A stretch of 64,000 bases of DNA, from positions 1-64,000 of the IMG/VR virus record IMGVR_UViG_3300044633_000899. One strand, 5' to 3'. Each line of letters begins with the position of its first letter. Position 1 is the stretch's first letter. Positions 1 through 11,413 of this stretch are shown piece after piece. Made by a program: the position numbers and the translations under genes. The notes below the pieces were generated by a model that saw nothing but the letters and a program-made list of their open reading frames with translations, was not told the DNA's origin and searched no databases.

Positions 1-2
1 GT

Positions 3-1739
3 ATTGGTCAAACCCCAGAAGAGTTAAATTACCAATACTATAGAAATCTAATATTAAATTCGGCTTACTTATTCAAGTCAAAAGGAACCCGTAAATCTAT
101 TGAAATATTATTACGATTAATTGGTGCACCAGAAATGTTAGTTGAATTTAATGAATACATTTATATTGCTGACCAAAAGATAAATTTAAATGATTTTGAA
201 AAACAATATCAGTTAATAACTGGTGGTACCTATAACCAAGAATTACCGGTGTTAGATACCACTGATATCTTCTCAATTATGGGAACACAATATACAGGGT
301 TTACAACACAAACAATATCACAAAATGTTGATACCGTATTAGAAGATTACCCAATTGATGATCTTGGTTATCCAGCAATGCCCCAACAAAGTGATTCGTT
401 TTTCTATCAAATCGGTGGTGGTTGGTTTGAGTCAACACCGCAGCACAGAATGCCCGAAAAGGTAGATGTAACAAATAGTGTATTTACTGGTGAGAATCCA
501 ACATTCCAAACGACATTACTACCTTTTAATTATGGTGAACAGTACCTACAAAGATACCGACAATTTCCATATATGAATTTAGGTTTTAGGTTAAGAAAGG
601 TTATTGACAATAAAAAAAGTTGGACAGACGAAGAAGACACTTTAAGAAGAAGTTTTGATGGGAATTTTAATGCGTATTATGAGGTTGGTGATGAAAATTT
701 AACAATTAACGTTAAAAACGTTGACATACATATGAATCCAGCACAAGGTTTGGTTTATGACGTGTATACAATGTCCAGAGCGTATAATTACCCAATACCA
801 AACGAGGGTTTGAATTATGTTAAACCAACATATTGTGATCCGACACCAAATAGTCAATACCCAAAAAGAGGTGGGATTGACTGGACAGAAATAAATCCTA
901 AACCAAAACAAAAGACGTTTTTTGAATTTGCACAAACATTTTGGCGAAATATGATAAACGTTAGAAATAGACAATACATAACAGATGGTAAAACTGGGGG
1001 TTACCCAACTTTACAATCAATATATTGGAAATATTTAGAATCAGATTCGGCGATTAATATACCAAACGACAATTTCACGTATCAAACAATGATTAATTAC
1101 GTGCATGGCCTTGGTGATTATTGGATTCGGTTAATTGAACAAATGGTTCCAGCAACAACAATATGGAATACGGGTGTTAAGTATGAGAACTCAATTTTCC
1201 ACAGACAAAAATTTGTTTGGAGAAGACAATCTGGTTGTCAGATTATCCCAGTACCGTGTAAACCGTGTTCATTAGTCAGTCAACTATTTGTGTATGATTG
1301 TCCAATCCAAGCCGTAGATTGTTCATTATATCCTTGGGGTTCTGACCCAACAGTTAATTCATTTGGTGTTGTTTTAAGTTCGGTGGTTAATAAGTATTTA
1401 TTAAATAATGGTTATGACCCAACAAATGATTGTGTTTTAAATTCAATTGAATCAACTTGGTATTTGGATGTTAGTGTTAACGGTGATACATTAGTATCAC
1501 AAGAATTTTTCACTGGTTTTGGATACACATTAAGTGGTACTAGTTACCCAACAACAATTGAATGGCTTAACGCAGTAAACAACATAAATTCTGAACTACA
1601 AATTTTTGGTTTGAGTGTTATAATTAACGATGTTGATGAAACAATAACGGTATATAATAATAATTGTATACCACTAAGTACTCAAAATCAATTTGAATTT
1701 AATGTGGGTATAAACTTTGATATAACGTGTAATAATTAA
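3..1739 (+). CDS. Baseplate wedge-like structural protein (5' partial)
   Basis: The frame is open from the window start. It includes YLFKSKGTRKSIEILL, the KGT motif typical of baseplate wedge proteins, and lies in a structural gene cluster. Confidence 0.6.
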   Translation: MGQTPEELNYQYYRNLILNSAYLFKSKGTRKSIEILLRLIGAPEMLVEFNEYIYIADQKINLNDFEKQYQLITGGTYNQELPVLDTTDIFSIMGTQYTGFTTQTISQNVDTVLEDYPIDDLGYPAMPQQSDSFFYQIGGGWFESTPQHRMPEKVDVTNSVFTGENPTFQTTLLPFNYGEQYLQRYRQFPYMNLGFRLRKVIDNKKSWTDEEDTLRRSFDGNFNAYYEVGDENLTINVKNVDIHMNPAQGLVYDVYTMSRAYNYPIPNEGLNYVKPTYCDPTPNSQYPKRGGIDWTEINPKPKQKTFFEFAQTFWRNMINVRNRQYITDGKTGGYPTLQSIYWKYLESDSAINIPNDNFTYQTMINYVHGLGDYWIRLIEQMVPATTIWNTGVKYENSIFHRQKFVWRRQSGCQIIPVPCKPCSLVSQLFVYDCPIQAVDCSLYPWGSDPTVNSFGVVLSSVVNKYLLNNGYDPTNDCVLNSIESTWYLDVSVNGDTLVSQEFFTGFGYTLSGTSYPTTIEWLNAVNNINSELQIFGLSVIINDVDETITVYNNNCIPLSTQNQFEFNVGINFDITCNN

Positions 1740-4105
1740 TGTCAATAATAATAAATAACTATTCGGTAACTGGCGACTGCTCAAACCTTGGTGTTGGTGC
1801 TGTGTATTTTAATATAACTGGAGATAGTCCAACTTGGGCTGTTAGCGAAATAACAACAAGTGGTTTATTACCAACATCGGCATCAACGACAGATTATTAT
1901 GTGGATAATTTACCACCTGGTAATTACTTTGTTGAAATCATTGATTCTGGGATACCCACACAAGAAACCATAATATTACCAGTTTATATATCATCGGGAA
2001 CTTGTGTTTCAATAGAGACTGAAGGTACAAATTGTGGTATTACCAATGGATCTATAACAGCAACAACGGCAAACGTTTACGGACCAATTGATTTTTATTT
2101 ATTTGACATTAATGATAATTTAGTTAATTTAGCAATTGGTGTAACAAATGACTACGTGTTTAATAGTTTATCTGCCGACACATATTATGTTGTTGCAGAT
2201 GATGGTGGTGGTTGTACTGGTAGATCAGAATCTTGTATAATATACACCTCAACATCAATAACATACGGACTATACGTTGTAAACGACGCCAATTGTGTTT
2301 CAACGGCGGGAAGTGGTAAGATATTTGTAACAGGTTTAACAGGTAACCCACCATTCACGTATCTTTGGTCTAATGGTGAATTAACAAATCAAATTGAAAA
2401 TTTAATACCTGGAGCATACTCTGTAACAGTAACAGATAGTTTAGGTTGTTCACTAATACAAACCGCAATCGTTAATAATGTAAATCCAGTAACTTTTGGG
2501 TCATTTATAACAACACCACCAACTTGTTTTAGTAATGATGGTGAGATTGACGTGATTATAGTTGATGGTACAGCACCATATTATTATAGTGGTAGTAATG
2601 GTGATACAGTTATAACATATTCTCAAAATTACACATTTACTGGATTAAGTTCGGGTGGCTTCACCGTGTTTGTACAAGACGCTGGACTATGTAGTTTTAC
2701 ACAATCAACAACATTAATAACACCTAATAGTTTTTCTGTTGTAAGTGTCAACACAACTAACTCAAACTGTGGTAATAACGGACAGGTTGATGTTATAATA
2801 AATAGTGGTGGGGGTTTAGGTAGTTTTACATATTCGTTAACAAACTCAAGTGGTAATACGATATCTGATACAACACCATCAATAACATATTCATTCCCAA
2901 ACCTAAGTTCGGATACTTACACATTAACAATAACTGATGGTACTTGTACATATACGACAACCGTAACGATTAATAACGTAATATTATTCGGAATAAGTAC
3001 CTCAATAACAGGTACAACTTGTGGTTTAAATAACGGATCCGTACAAATTACCGCAACAACTGGGGGTACGTTACCATATACATACTCAATAAATGGGTTA
3101 ACACCATCTCAACAAACAATATTTAACAATTTAACATCAGGAAATTACATTGCAACGGTAACTGATTTTAATGGTTGTTCACAAACACAGAATTTTAGTA
3201 TTTCAGCATCAACAGGTGTGTTTTTTGATTTATCAACAACACAACCGATAACGGGTAATGATGGGGAAATTGATGTTTTATTATATAATGGTGAACCACC
3301 ATTTACCTACAATTGGAGTACAAATGTTGGATCACAAACAGGATTAGTTGTTACTGGATTAACAGCCGGAACATACACACTAGAGGTCATTGATGATAAT
3401 GGTTGTGCATACACTAAAAGTACCATATTAAACGGTACTAATAGAGTCTCAACGTACCAAAAATACACTATTTGTGATACTCAATTTGAAAACACTGATA
3501 TTATTGGTAAACGAGGCATCCAACAAATGTACAACGAAGGTTTTTATGATTTAACATTAGATGATGTTAATTGTGTTGTAAATTCAGCAAAATTTACTGC
3601 AGTCCTAAATGTTAACGATGTTGTAAAAAACATTGAATTTTACACATCAAATGGTTTAACAGATTTCCCAAGTGATGTTTTATGGGTTGAAACAATTGTT
3701 AATAACTTAAAAACTTTTGACGGTATAGGTGACGTTATTGTGGACTATACAACAAACACAATACAGATTTTCAACGCGTGTGATATTGTTGGTAGTACTT
3801 GTAACCCACAAATTATTAACACATTATCCGATGTGAAAGTGATTATCAATTTATTGATTGATTATGATATTTCTTGTGTGTCGTGTGATGGACCAACAAC
3901 CACAACAACAACAACCTGTTTATTTAATGAGTTTGAAATACAACTTGGTAGTCCTTGTACTTTTTACTTATATGATTGTGATGGAAGTATATTTGATACG
4001 ATTAGTTTTGTTAGTGGTGGAACATATACTATTTGTGCCGCGAGTTACGGACATGATATATGTGCTGTTAGTTTACCAATAATTCTTGGTCCTTGTAACC
4101 CATAA
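1739..4105 (+). CDS. Large beta-rich virion fibre/adhesin-like protein with SprB-like repeats
   Basis: Repeated GxIxVxxxGGxPPYTYxW and LxxGxYxVxVxDxxGC units. Ser/Thr/Gly/Cys rich, with a poly-Thr near the C-terminus. Confidence 0.65.
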   Translation: MSIIINNYSVTGDCSNLGVGAVYFNITGDSPTWAVSEITTSGLLPTSASTTDYYVDNLPPGNYFVEIIDSGIPTQETIILPVYISSGTCVSIETEGTNCGITNGSITATTANVYGPIDFYLFDINDNLVNLAIGVTNDYVFNSLSADTYYVVADDGGGCTGRSESCIIYTSTSITYGLYVVNDANCVSTAGSGKIFVTGLTGNPPFTYLWSNGELTNQIENLIPGAYSVTVTDSLGCSLIQTAIVNNVNPVTFGSFITTPPTCFSNDGEIDVIIVDGTAPYYYSGSNGDTVITYSQNYTFTGLSSGGFTVFVQDAGLCSFTQSTTLITPNSFSVVSVNTTNSNCGNNGQVDVIINSGGGLGSFTYSLTNSSGNTISDTTPSITYSFPNLSSDTYTLTITDGTCTYTTTVTINNVILFGISTSITGTTCGLNNGSVQITATTGGTLPYTYSINGLTPSQQTIFNNLTSGNYIATVTDFNGCSQTQNFSISASTGVFFDLSTTQPITGNDGEIDVLLYNGEPPFTYNWSTNVGSQTGLVVTGLTAGTYTLEVIDDNGCAYTKSTILNGTNRVSTYQKYTICDTQFENTDIIGKRGIQQMYNEGFYDLTLDDVNCVVNSAKFTAVLNVNDVVKNIEFYTSNGLTDFPSDVLWVETIVNNLKTFDGIGDVIVDYTTNTIQIFNACDIVGSTCNPQIINTLSDVKVIINLLIDYDISCVSCDGPTTTTTTTCLFNEFEIQLGSPCTFYLYDCDGSIFDTISFVSGGTYTICAASYGHDICAVSLPIILGPCNP

Positions 4106-4106
4106 T

Positions 4107-4412
4107 ATGTCACAATTAATAATATCAAATATCACAGGAGTAACACTACCATATAACATTTATGGTTGTGATTACTATGGAAATAACTGTATCTTATTAG
4201 CAACAATAACAACATCAACAACACCGATAACAATAGAATTACCATCAATGTTTATAACGTATCCAGCGTTAACGGTTAAATTAGGTAATTGTATTAATTG
4301 TGATTATAGTGAGTTTATAACCGCAAGTTGTTTTGTACCCCAATCTAAAAACTTTCAAACGGGGGAAATATTCTTTTTTATGGATGGTACTGAATATACT
4401 TTCCAAACATAA
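4107..4412 (+). CDS. Small virion-associated protein (paralog of 13346-13567)
   Basis: ATG at 4107. MSQLIISNITGVTLPYNIYGCD resembles MPTNITITNIGGASPFDVYVCD. Confidence 0.6.
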   Translation: MSQLIISNITGVTLPYNIYGCDYYGNNCILLATITTSTTPITIELPSMFITYPALTVKLGNCINCDYSEFITASCFVPQSKNFQTGEIFFFMDGTEYTFQT

Positions 4413-4414
4413 AG

Positions 4415-4422
4415 TATTTATA
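4415..4422 (+). promoter_or_regulatory. Putative late-promoter motif TATTTATA
   Basis: Lies 8 nt upstream of the ATG. The same motif precedes many structural-type genes. Confidence 0.5.
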
Positions 4423-4430
4423 AATAAAAA

Positions 4431-5978
4431 ATGGGATTTTTAACTAGTAGAACAATAGCACCAACAGTAACGACAAACGACCTCGTACACATCGTAATTA
4501 CTGGTGATACATCACAAGGAAATCCATCAGGATCATCATATAAAGCAACTATTGGTCAAATAGGTTTAGCAATTGGTACTGGAAACACGATAACAATTAG
4601 TGGGGGTACAGACATTTCAGTTACGGGATCACACCCAAATTTTGGTATTAGTTTTACAGGAACAACAGGTGGTGATTATTTACCATTAAGTGGTGGTACA
4701 GTAAGTGGGGAAACCATATTTACAAGTGGTATAACAGCAAATACAATATCCGCAACAACCATTGGTACTAGTGGTAACTGTGTTGATGATATCTACGTAT
4801 ATAATATACATTCCTGTTCACCATTAAATATAAACCCATTGAATGAAGGTAATATTTATTTCGGACAAACAAGTGGTATTACAATTGATGTTACAAATAA
4901 TAGACTTGGTATTAATAACCCAACACCAACATATCCGTTAGATATTTTAGGTAATGGTAATTCTGGTAGTTTTTATTATACACCATCAAGTGCTGGAGGT
5001 CTTACTTTTTTAAGTGGTACCACAACAACACCAACAGACTCAATTGTGAGGTACGGAGTATCAACACCATCGTATTTAACAAAACCAACAGCATCAATGA
5101 CATTTGGTATTAGAGGGTGGGGTGATTCAACATATAATGCGTATGGTAATAATGGTGATGGTTTTATACGAGCCTCGGTTGAAGTGAATGGATTGACGTT
5201 TATAAAAGCCCAAGGATCGGGAACAAGTGATTATATTCGTTTCTTTGCTGGATCAAACCCAACACTAACACCAAACTTGATGATAAATGGTACAGGAGCA
5301 ACGCAAGGGTTTGTCGGTATCAACACATCAACACCAAGTCAAAGGTTACACGTTAGTGGAAATACGTTAATTGATGGTAGTCTTACTGCAACAACGGCAA
5401 ACACCTCAACATTGGTGATAAACACAACACCAACAACAGATCCTACAAATAATAATGTTTTAGTGAGGGATGTGTCAACCGGTGTTGTTAAACAAAGAGA
5501 TATTACAAGTACTTTAAATAAAAATTACGCATCTTTTTATGATACTGGTGATCAAACAGGTCTTGCTAATGCTGTATTAACTATGTCGGCAAACACATCA
5601 GATTCTTGGAATACTGGAATTACTTTAAGTGCAAATACAAGATTTGTAATACAAAACCCTGGTGTTTATAGTTTAGCGTTTAGTGGTCAAATGGTAAAAA
5701 CTGGTGGTAATACTGCTACGCACGCACACATATGGCTTTACCAAAATGGTCTTGATGTACCAAATAGTGCTAGTCAGATTGGGTTTCCTTCAAATTCTGT
5801 ATATATTGTTTCTGCTTGGAATTTCTTTTTTAGTACTACAACACCAAACGAATATGTTGAATTAAAATGGGAAATAAATAGTAATGTAGATAACCAATTG
5901 TCATTAAAGCATCAACCAGCGACTGGAAATGTACCGGCAATCCCATCTCTTATTGTTACTATTAACCAAGTAAATTAA
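4431..5978 (+). CDS. Tail fibre/spike-like protein with a C-terminal TNF/C1q (BclA-like) domain
   Basis: Contains RLGINNPTPTYPLDI and VGINTSTPSQRLHVSG fibre repeats. The C-terminal beta domain includes FVIQNPGVYSLAFSGQ. Confidence 0.6.
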   Translation: MGFLTSRTIAPTVTTNDLVHIVITGDTSQGNPSGSSYKATIGQIGLAIGTGNTITISGGTDISVTGSHPNFGISFTGTTGGDYLPLSGGTVSGETIFTSGITANTISATTIGTSGNCVDDIYVYNIHSCSPLNINPLNEGNIYFGQTSGITIDVTNNRLGINNPTPTYPLDILGNGNSGSFYYTPSSAGGLTFLSGTTTTPTDSIVRYGVSTPSYLTKPTASMTFGIRGWGDSTYNAYGNNGDGFIRASVEVNGLTFIKAQGSGTSDYIRFFAGSNPTLTPNLMINGTGATQGFVGINTSTPSQRLHVSGNTLIDGSLTATTANTSTLVINTTPTTDPTNNNVLVRDVSTGVVKQRDITSTLNKNYASFYDTGDQTGLANAVLTMSANTSDSWNTGITLSANTRFVIQNPGVYSLAFSGQMVKTGGNTATHAHIWLYQNGLDVPNSASQIGFPSNSVYIVSAWNFFFSTTTPNEYVELKWEINSNVDNQLSLKHQPATGNVPAIPSLIVTINQVN

Positions 5979-6012
5979 TTCACTTTAAAGATTTTAACAA
6001 TATATTTTCATT

Positions 6013-6990
6013 ATGAAAGATATTGTATTTGTAACCGCACAACCAGATGTCCCATATTTTCATTGGCAAGTTAAATTATACACACATAATTTTATGTCTT
6101 TAGGTATTAACCCAAACGATATCCACGTCGTCTTTTCAACATTAGGTAATAATGTATTGTCTGAGGGTGCAAATTCTTTAAAAGAACTAGGTATAAATGT
6201 ACATACATATAAAGATGAACGAACAAATAAAACATACATACCAAGTATAAAACCATACCTAATATCAAAATGGTTAGAACAATATCCACAGTTTGGTAAT
6301 TGTTTTTTCTTACACGACGCCGATATTATCTTTAGAGAATTACCAAATTTTGATGAACTATTAAACGATAATGTTTCTTATTTATCAGATACTATTGGTT
6401 ATATTGGATATGAATACATTATGGGTTGTTGTAAACGATATGAAAAACAACACCCAACAACCAACCAAGGACAGTTACTACAAGAAATGTGTGATATAAT
6501 TGGTATTGATGTTAACACAGTTAAGGATAATCAATTAAATTCTGGTGGTGGACAATACATTATAAAAAATACCGATCACAAATTATGGGAAAAGATCTAC
6601 AATGATTCAACACCTTTATATTCACAAATGTTAGACTATCAAAAACGATACCCAATAAATCCTGGTCAAATACAATTTTGGACGGCAGAAATGTGGTCTG
6701 TATTGTGGAACTTATGGTTATATGGGATTGAAACTAAAATTACAAAAGAATTAGATTTTTCTTGGGCGACAGATAGTATTGACGTATATAATAAAAAACC
6801 AATTTTACATATGGCTGGTATTACTGATAATCTAAAATTGACAAAATTCTATAAAGGTGAATATATTAATGTTAACCCAATACAAAAACTAAAAGAAAAC
6901 CCAAACCATTTTGATTATGTAGATAAAAATAATGCAACAATAAAATATATTGATGTTATGAAATCATACACCCAAAAAACGAATAATTGA
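6013..6990 (+). CDS. GT-A fold glycosyltransferase, possibly acting on protein Ser/Thr/Hyp
   Basis: Has the DxD motif FFLHDADIIF and a WTAEMWS motif reminiscent of the plant peptidyl-Ser galactosyltransferase/Hyp arabinosyltransferase WxxEM motif. Confidence 0.6.
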   Translation: MKDIVFVTAQPDVPYFHWQVKLYTHNFMSLGINPNDIHVVFSTLGNNVLSEGANSLKELGINVHTYKDERTNKTYIPSIKPYLISKWLEQYPQFGNCFFLHDADIIFRELPNFDELLNDNVSYLSDTIGYIGYEYIMGCCKRYEKQHPTTNQGQLLQEMCDIIGIDVNTVKDNQLNSGGGQYIIKNTDHKLWEKIYNDSTPLYSQMLDYQKRYPINPGQIQFWTAEMWSVLWNLWLYGIETKITKELDFSWATDSIDVYNKKPILHMAGITDNLKLTKFYKGEYINVNPIQKLKENPNHFDYVDKNNATIKYIDVMKSYTQKTNN

Positions 6991-6991
6991 T

Positions 6992-6999
6992 TATTTATA
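6992..6999 (+). promoter_or_regulatory. Putative late-promoter motif TATTTATA
   Basis: Lies upstream of the ATG at 7013. Confidence 0.5.
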
Positions 7000-7012
7000 A
7001 TAAAATAGAATA

Positions 7013-8695
7013 ATGGCCGAAGAAATATTTAGTTGTGATCAATGTCTTAACGTATCTTTTATAATTACCGCCATTGATTTTGTAAAACCTGTTGATTTAC
7101 AGATGTCTTACGATGGGATTAATGGTTTCTATAGTGGTGAAACACTTGGTGATATATATACTATTTATAACGACAATGGTGTTTGGATTATTGAAGATGA
7201 ACTTGTTATTTTAGCAACTGGTTCTACTTGTGATTGTCCATACAATTGTAATTGGGTTACAAATCCTAATTTAGATGTAACAATTAATGACCTTACAGTG
7301 GTTTCGTGTACACAAACTACAACAACCACATTTTATCCGTTTACAACCACCACAACAACACTACAACCAACACCAATCCAACCAACAAATGAATGTGACG
7401 TTATCACGATATTCCCAATGAATGTTATTTGTGAATCAACAAACCCAACATTTACAAACACGTTTGACGGTATTGCGACAATCTTAATTACTGGTGGGAC
7501 ACCACCTTATGAGATTTTATGGGATAATGGTGGTGTTGGTCCTTTTGTTACAAATTTAGGTGTTGGTGAATACGTTGCAACGATTAGTGATTATTATAAC
7601 GATTTTATAATTACAAGTACTTGTGTTTTAACAGCACAAACACCTGCGACAACAACTACAACATCAACAACTACATTACCTCAGTTTGGTAATCTTTGTT
7701 TTATTGTTTCTGGATATTTTGGTAGACTATATCAAACGCAATACATTAGTTTTGATTTTGATGGTTATATTAACGACAAACCTAGTTGGTTATCTGACGA
7801 TGGAGAATATTTCTTATATTGGAATACTGGTACAACATCACAATGGACTGTTTCTGGTTATACAGGTGGTGCAATTTTTAACCAAAACCCAAGTGTACCA
7901 CCAATTACTGGGTGGCAACATTTAGGTAAACAAAGTTTAGAAATTAATGTTTATGAAGGTGATTGTGTTTTTATCAACCCAATAACATTCCAGATTGGAA
8001 AAAATAACGCAACATGTATTAATGACGGATCCATTATTATTAATGCGAGTGGTGGAATACCACCATATGAATATTCATTAAATGGTGGGACTAATTTCGT
8101 AACAACACCAATAATAAATAACTTATCACCTGGTTCATACATTGTTTTAGTTAAGGATTCATTAAATAATATCTCAACAACACAAAACGTATTAATATCA
8201 CAAAATGTGACAAATACTGTGTATACATTAACATTAAATAAAGTTGGAAACAATATTACCATTGTGGTATCACCAACATTACCTATTGGAACATCAATAT
8301 CATTTGACGTTGTATATGAAAGTGTGTTTACTGTGGCACCATCACCAACTTCAGCTAGTTTTAATGGAAATTTAAATTTATTATTAAATGGTAGTCCAAT
8401 TATATCAAATTCACCAATAATAACGAATACAACAACATTTAATCCGTGTAATAATGGTAGTCTTTATACAACCAACAATAAACTAATTTGGACAAATGTT
8501 GTAATGGTAAATACATCAACACTTACAGGTTCTTTAACCGGTCAAATAACACCAAATACACCTTTACCATCTTGTTATTCTGCAAACAAAAGCAATTCCG
8601 TAACACTAAATAATGTAACAATAAGTGGTTGTCAGTGTTGTTCGGTTGTAATTACACAATTAGTGGTAGAAACAATATCACAAGGGTTTAATTAA
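7013..8695 (+). CDS. Thr-rich virion protein with SprB-like repeats
   Basis: GGTPPYEILW and GGIPPYEYSLNG units, plus several poly-Thr tracts. Confidence 0.6.
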   Translation: MAEEIFSCDQCLNVSFIITAIDFVKPVDLQMSYDGINGFYSGETLGDIYTIYNDNGVWIIEDELVILATGSTCDCPYNCNWVTNPNLDVTINDLTVVSCTQTTTTTFYPFTTTTTTLQPTPIQPTNECDVITIFPMNVICESTNPTFTNTFDGIATILITGGTPPYEILWDNGGVGPFVTNLGVGEYVATISDYYNDFIITSTCVLTAQTPATTTTTSTTTLPQFGNLCFIVSGYFGRLYQTQYISFDFDGYINDKPSWLSDDGEYFLYWNTGTTSQWTVSGYTGGAIFNQNPSVPPITGWQHLGKQSLEINVYEGDCVFINPITFQIGKNNATCINDGSIIINASGGIPPYEYSLNGGTNFVTTPIINNLSPGSYIVLVKDSLNNISTTQNVLISQNVTNTVYTLTLNKVGNNITIVVSPTLPIGTSISFDVVYESVFTVAPSPTSASFNGNLNLLLNGSPIISNSPIITNTTTFNPCNNGSLYTTNNKLIWTNVVMVNTSTLTGSLTGQITPNTPLPSCYSANKSNSVTLNNVTISGCQCCSVVITQLVVETISQGFN

Positions 8696-8717
8696 GTTAT
8701 AAAATCAATAAATTATA

Positions 8718-8725
8718 TATTTATA
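8718..8725 (+). promoter_or_regulatory. Putative late-promoter motif TATTTATA
   Basis: Lies upstream of the ATG at 8732. Confidence 0.5.
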
Positions 8726-8731
8726 TATTAA

Positions 8732-11362
8732 ATGGCATACATACTTAAAAATACTTCAGGACTTGTAAACACAAGGGTTACCGATACCGGTAGACAAAAA
8801 TTATCACAAGGTAATTTTAAAATCGCATACTTCCAAGTTGGTGATAGTGAAGTGTCTTACGATAAAACACCGTTAAATTACAATCAACCGAATAGTTATG
8901 TGTTAGAACCACCATTTAATACACAAAACACAAGTGGTGTTCCACAATCAAACAAACAAAGTATTAAATACCCTTATTATGTTGATGGTAACGAAGGAAA
9001 CACATATGGAATACCTTATATGGATTCTGTTGTTGATCCTGTTTATAATAGAGCACCATTAAGAGGTTTTTTTAGTGGTAACACGTCAGCAACAACAATA
9101 GATTGGAAAGTTTTAACAAATAATAAGTATGTGATTTCCGCGAATTTTGTTATTAATTTATCAATGTTAAACGGAACAAATAAGATTAATTTAATTTACG
9201 ACCCTTGTAATGTACAAAATTATAAAGAACCATCTGTTGGTGATATAGTAACAATATATTACGATGGTAAAGGTGGGTATAATTGCGGTTGTACTAATTA
9301 CCCCCCATTACCAACACCATCGCCTAGTTCAACGATTGTTATAACACCAACACCTAGTTTATCTGCAACAAACCCGTGTGCTTCACCAACCCCAACCCCA
9401 ACACCTAGTGCGACACCTTGTTTAACACCAACACCTAGTTCACAATGTCCGTTACCATCGGATCCTAATTGTGAGATGAATATCGCGTCTTGTTATCCGA
9501 TTTTAACTTATAAGATTGTTTCGGTTTGTGAAAATGAAATAACATTAGACAGAAAATTACCATATTTTGGTAATATTTTAGGTGAATGTTTTGGTAGAGT
9601 GGTTATTTACCCACCAAATATGACATCAATATATGATAGTATAACACCACGACCACACTGGTCAGATGATGTTATTAATTTTGAATCAATATGTGATACC
9701 GATCAATTTGATGTTAAGGTTTGGAATATGAATATTCCTTGGACAGAAAACCCGGCTGGGTTAAAAACAAACACATATGAGGGTTATGATAAGTTTGGTT
9801 CAATTGATTATATTGGTACAAAAGAATATTTTGGGTACAACTCAAGTGTTGGTCAAACAGATACAGACTACGTGTATTATTATAATTCATTTGATGAAAT
9901 CGTTGAGGTAAAACCAGAAGAACAAAAGGCTATTGCAATTATTCACTATACTAACCAAACAATTGATTTTTTCTATGGTGAAAAATTCGCTTTAGAACCG
10001 TACAACCCAACAAATATTGATGACACAACAGGTCAAGCAAGAAATTTTAAAATACATATTCCTTGGTTAATGTGGCATAAAAATCCAGAGTGTTGTTATG
10101 GTGAAACATTTTGGGTTGACCCACCAAATTTTGACGATTTAGATTTATTTCAAGTGCAATATATCAAATCAACTAAAAACGATGGGATGAACCAACCAGG
10201 TATTAGATACTACCACTTATGGGATACACATAGAAATTCAAATGGTATACCAAGTCGTATTGGTAAAGTTTTCCCAGACAGTAAAATGATTATTATTGAC
10301 GACGAAGAAATAATTGCTGCGATGTCATATAAATCAAATAGAAACTGGACATTACCAGCACCACAAGTTTCATTAATAACACCAAATACATGTGGTATTG
10401 AATCAACAACGACTGAAGGCGTTTTAACGGGTAGTAATGAAACAATGTATGTCACATATAGACTATCAAATGATGTTGATTTTACAAATTCACTACATTC
10501 AAATTATTATTCAAAAATAACTGGAAATAATAATATTTGTAACCCTGACACACCAAAAAATGTTGCGATCAGATTTGGTGCTGAGTTTAATTGTTTAACA
10601 CAACCATACACACCAACAACAACGACAACAACTTTTAACCCGACAACAACGACAACAACAATAATACCTATTGAAAATTGTTATATTTTAACTGAAGATT
10701 TAAACATCCTTACAACAGAATCTGGTCAAGGACTACTTTGGTGTAACACCATAAATGACGTTGAGACATTACAAGATAGTGTTTATTATCCTATTGGTTA
10801 TTTAACGACAACAACAACACAATGTCCCGTTGTTTGTGATGTACCAAGTGGTTTTTACGCTACAAATTTGGAAATATTAGTACAAAAAGTAACAACAGGT
10901 CAACGACCAAACGCTAGTGATTGGAAAATAATTGATTTCACAAACAATATTAGTGGTCAAACAATTAATGGGTATTTAACACAAGAATCATTAACGGGAA
11001 CAACATTTGTTGTCACAAAGGAATTATATGATTCAGCACCGTACTATAACCTAAATGATTATATTGATTTGACACCATTAGGTAATACAAGTCCAAAATT
11101 AAATTTTGGTGATGAGTATTATTTTTATGGGGGTGTTGAAACTGACATTCAGGCGACAATATATGAAATGAACTATAAAGTTAATTTAAATTTTACTGAG
11201 TTCCAGAATACAACAAACCCAACTTGGACAAAAGGTACTAAATCGTATATCACAGAAATAGCACTATTGGATGAAAACAAAGATATTATGGTTATGTCTA
11301 AATTACAGTCACCAGTATTAAGACAAGGAATCCAACAGTTTGTTGTTAAATTAGACTTCTAA
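8732..11362 (+). CDS. Baseplate/tail-collar-like structural protein with Pro/Thr-rich insertions
   Basis: The N-terminal VTDTGRQKLSQG..FQVGDSEV and C-terminal ITEIALLDENKDIMVMSKL resemble tail-collar fibre domain halves. (PT)n and poly-Thr tracts lie between them. Confidence 0.55.
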   Translation: MAYILKNTSGLVNTRVTDTGRQKLSQGNFKIAYFQVGDSEVSYDKTPLNYNQPNSYVLEPPFNTQNTSGVPQSNKQSIKYPYYVDGNEGNTYGIPYMDSVVDPVYNRAPLRGFFSGNTSATTIDWKVLTNNKYVISANFVINLSMLNGTNKINLIYDPCNVQNYKEPSVGDIVTIYYDGKGGYNCGCTNYPPLPTPSPSSTIVITPTPSLSATNPCASPTPTPTPSATPCLTPTPSSQCPLPSDPNCEMNIASCYPILTYKIVSVCENEITLDRKLPYFGNILGECFGRVVIYPPNMTSIYDSITPRPHWSDDVINFESICDTDQFDVKVWNMNIPWTENPAGLKTNTYEGYDKFGSIDYIGTKEYFGYNSSVGQTDTDYVYYYNSFDEIVEVKPEEQKAIAIIHYTNQTIDFFYGEKFALEPYNPTNIDDTTGQARNFKIHIPWLMWHKNPECCYGETFWVDPPNFDDLDLFQVQYIKSTKNDGMNQPGIRYYHLWDTHRNSNGIPSRIGKVFPDSKMIIIDDEEIIAAMSYKSNRNWTLPAPQVSLITPNTCGIESTTTEGVLTGSNETMYVTYRLSNDVDFTNSLHSNYYSKITGNNNICNPDTPKNVAIRFGAEFNCLTQPYTPTTTTTTFNPTTTTTTIIPIENCYILTEDLNILTTESGQGLLWCNTINDVETLQDSVYYPIGYLTTTTTQCPVVCDVPSGFYATNLEILVQKVTTGQRPNASDWKIIDFTNNISGQTINGYLTQESLTGTTFVVTKELYDSAPYYNLNDYIDLTPLGNTSPKLNFGDEYYFYGGVETDIQATIYEMNYKVNLNFTEFQNTTNPTWTKGTKSYITEIALLDENKDIMVMSKLQSPVLRQGIQQFVVKLDF

Positions 11363-11413
11363 TCTTTAAATTATTTAAAACTAACCTATTATATTAATAA
11401 AAAAAAAATTAAT

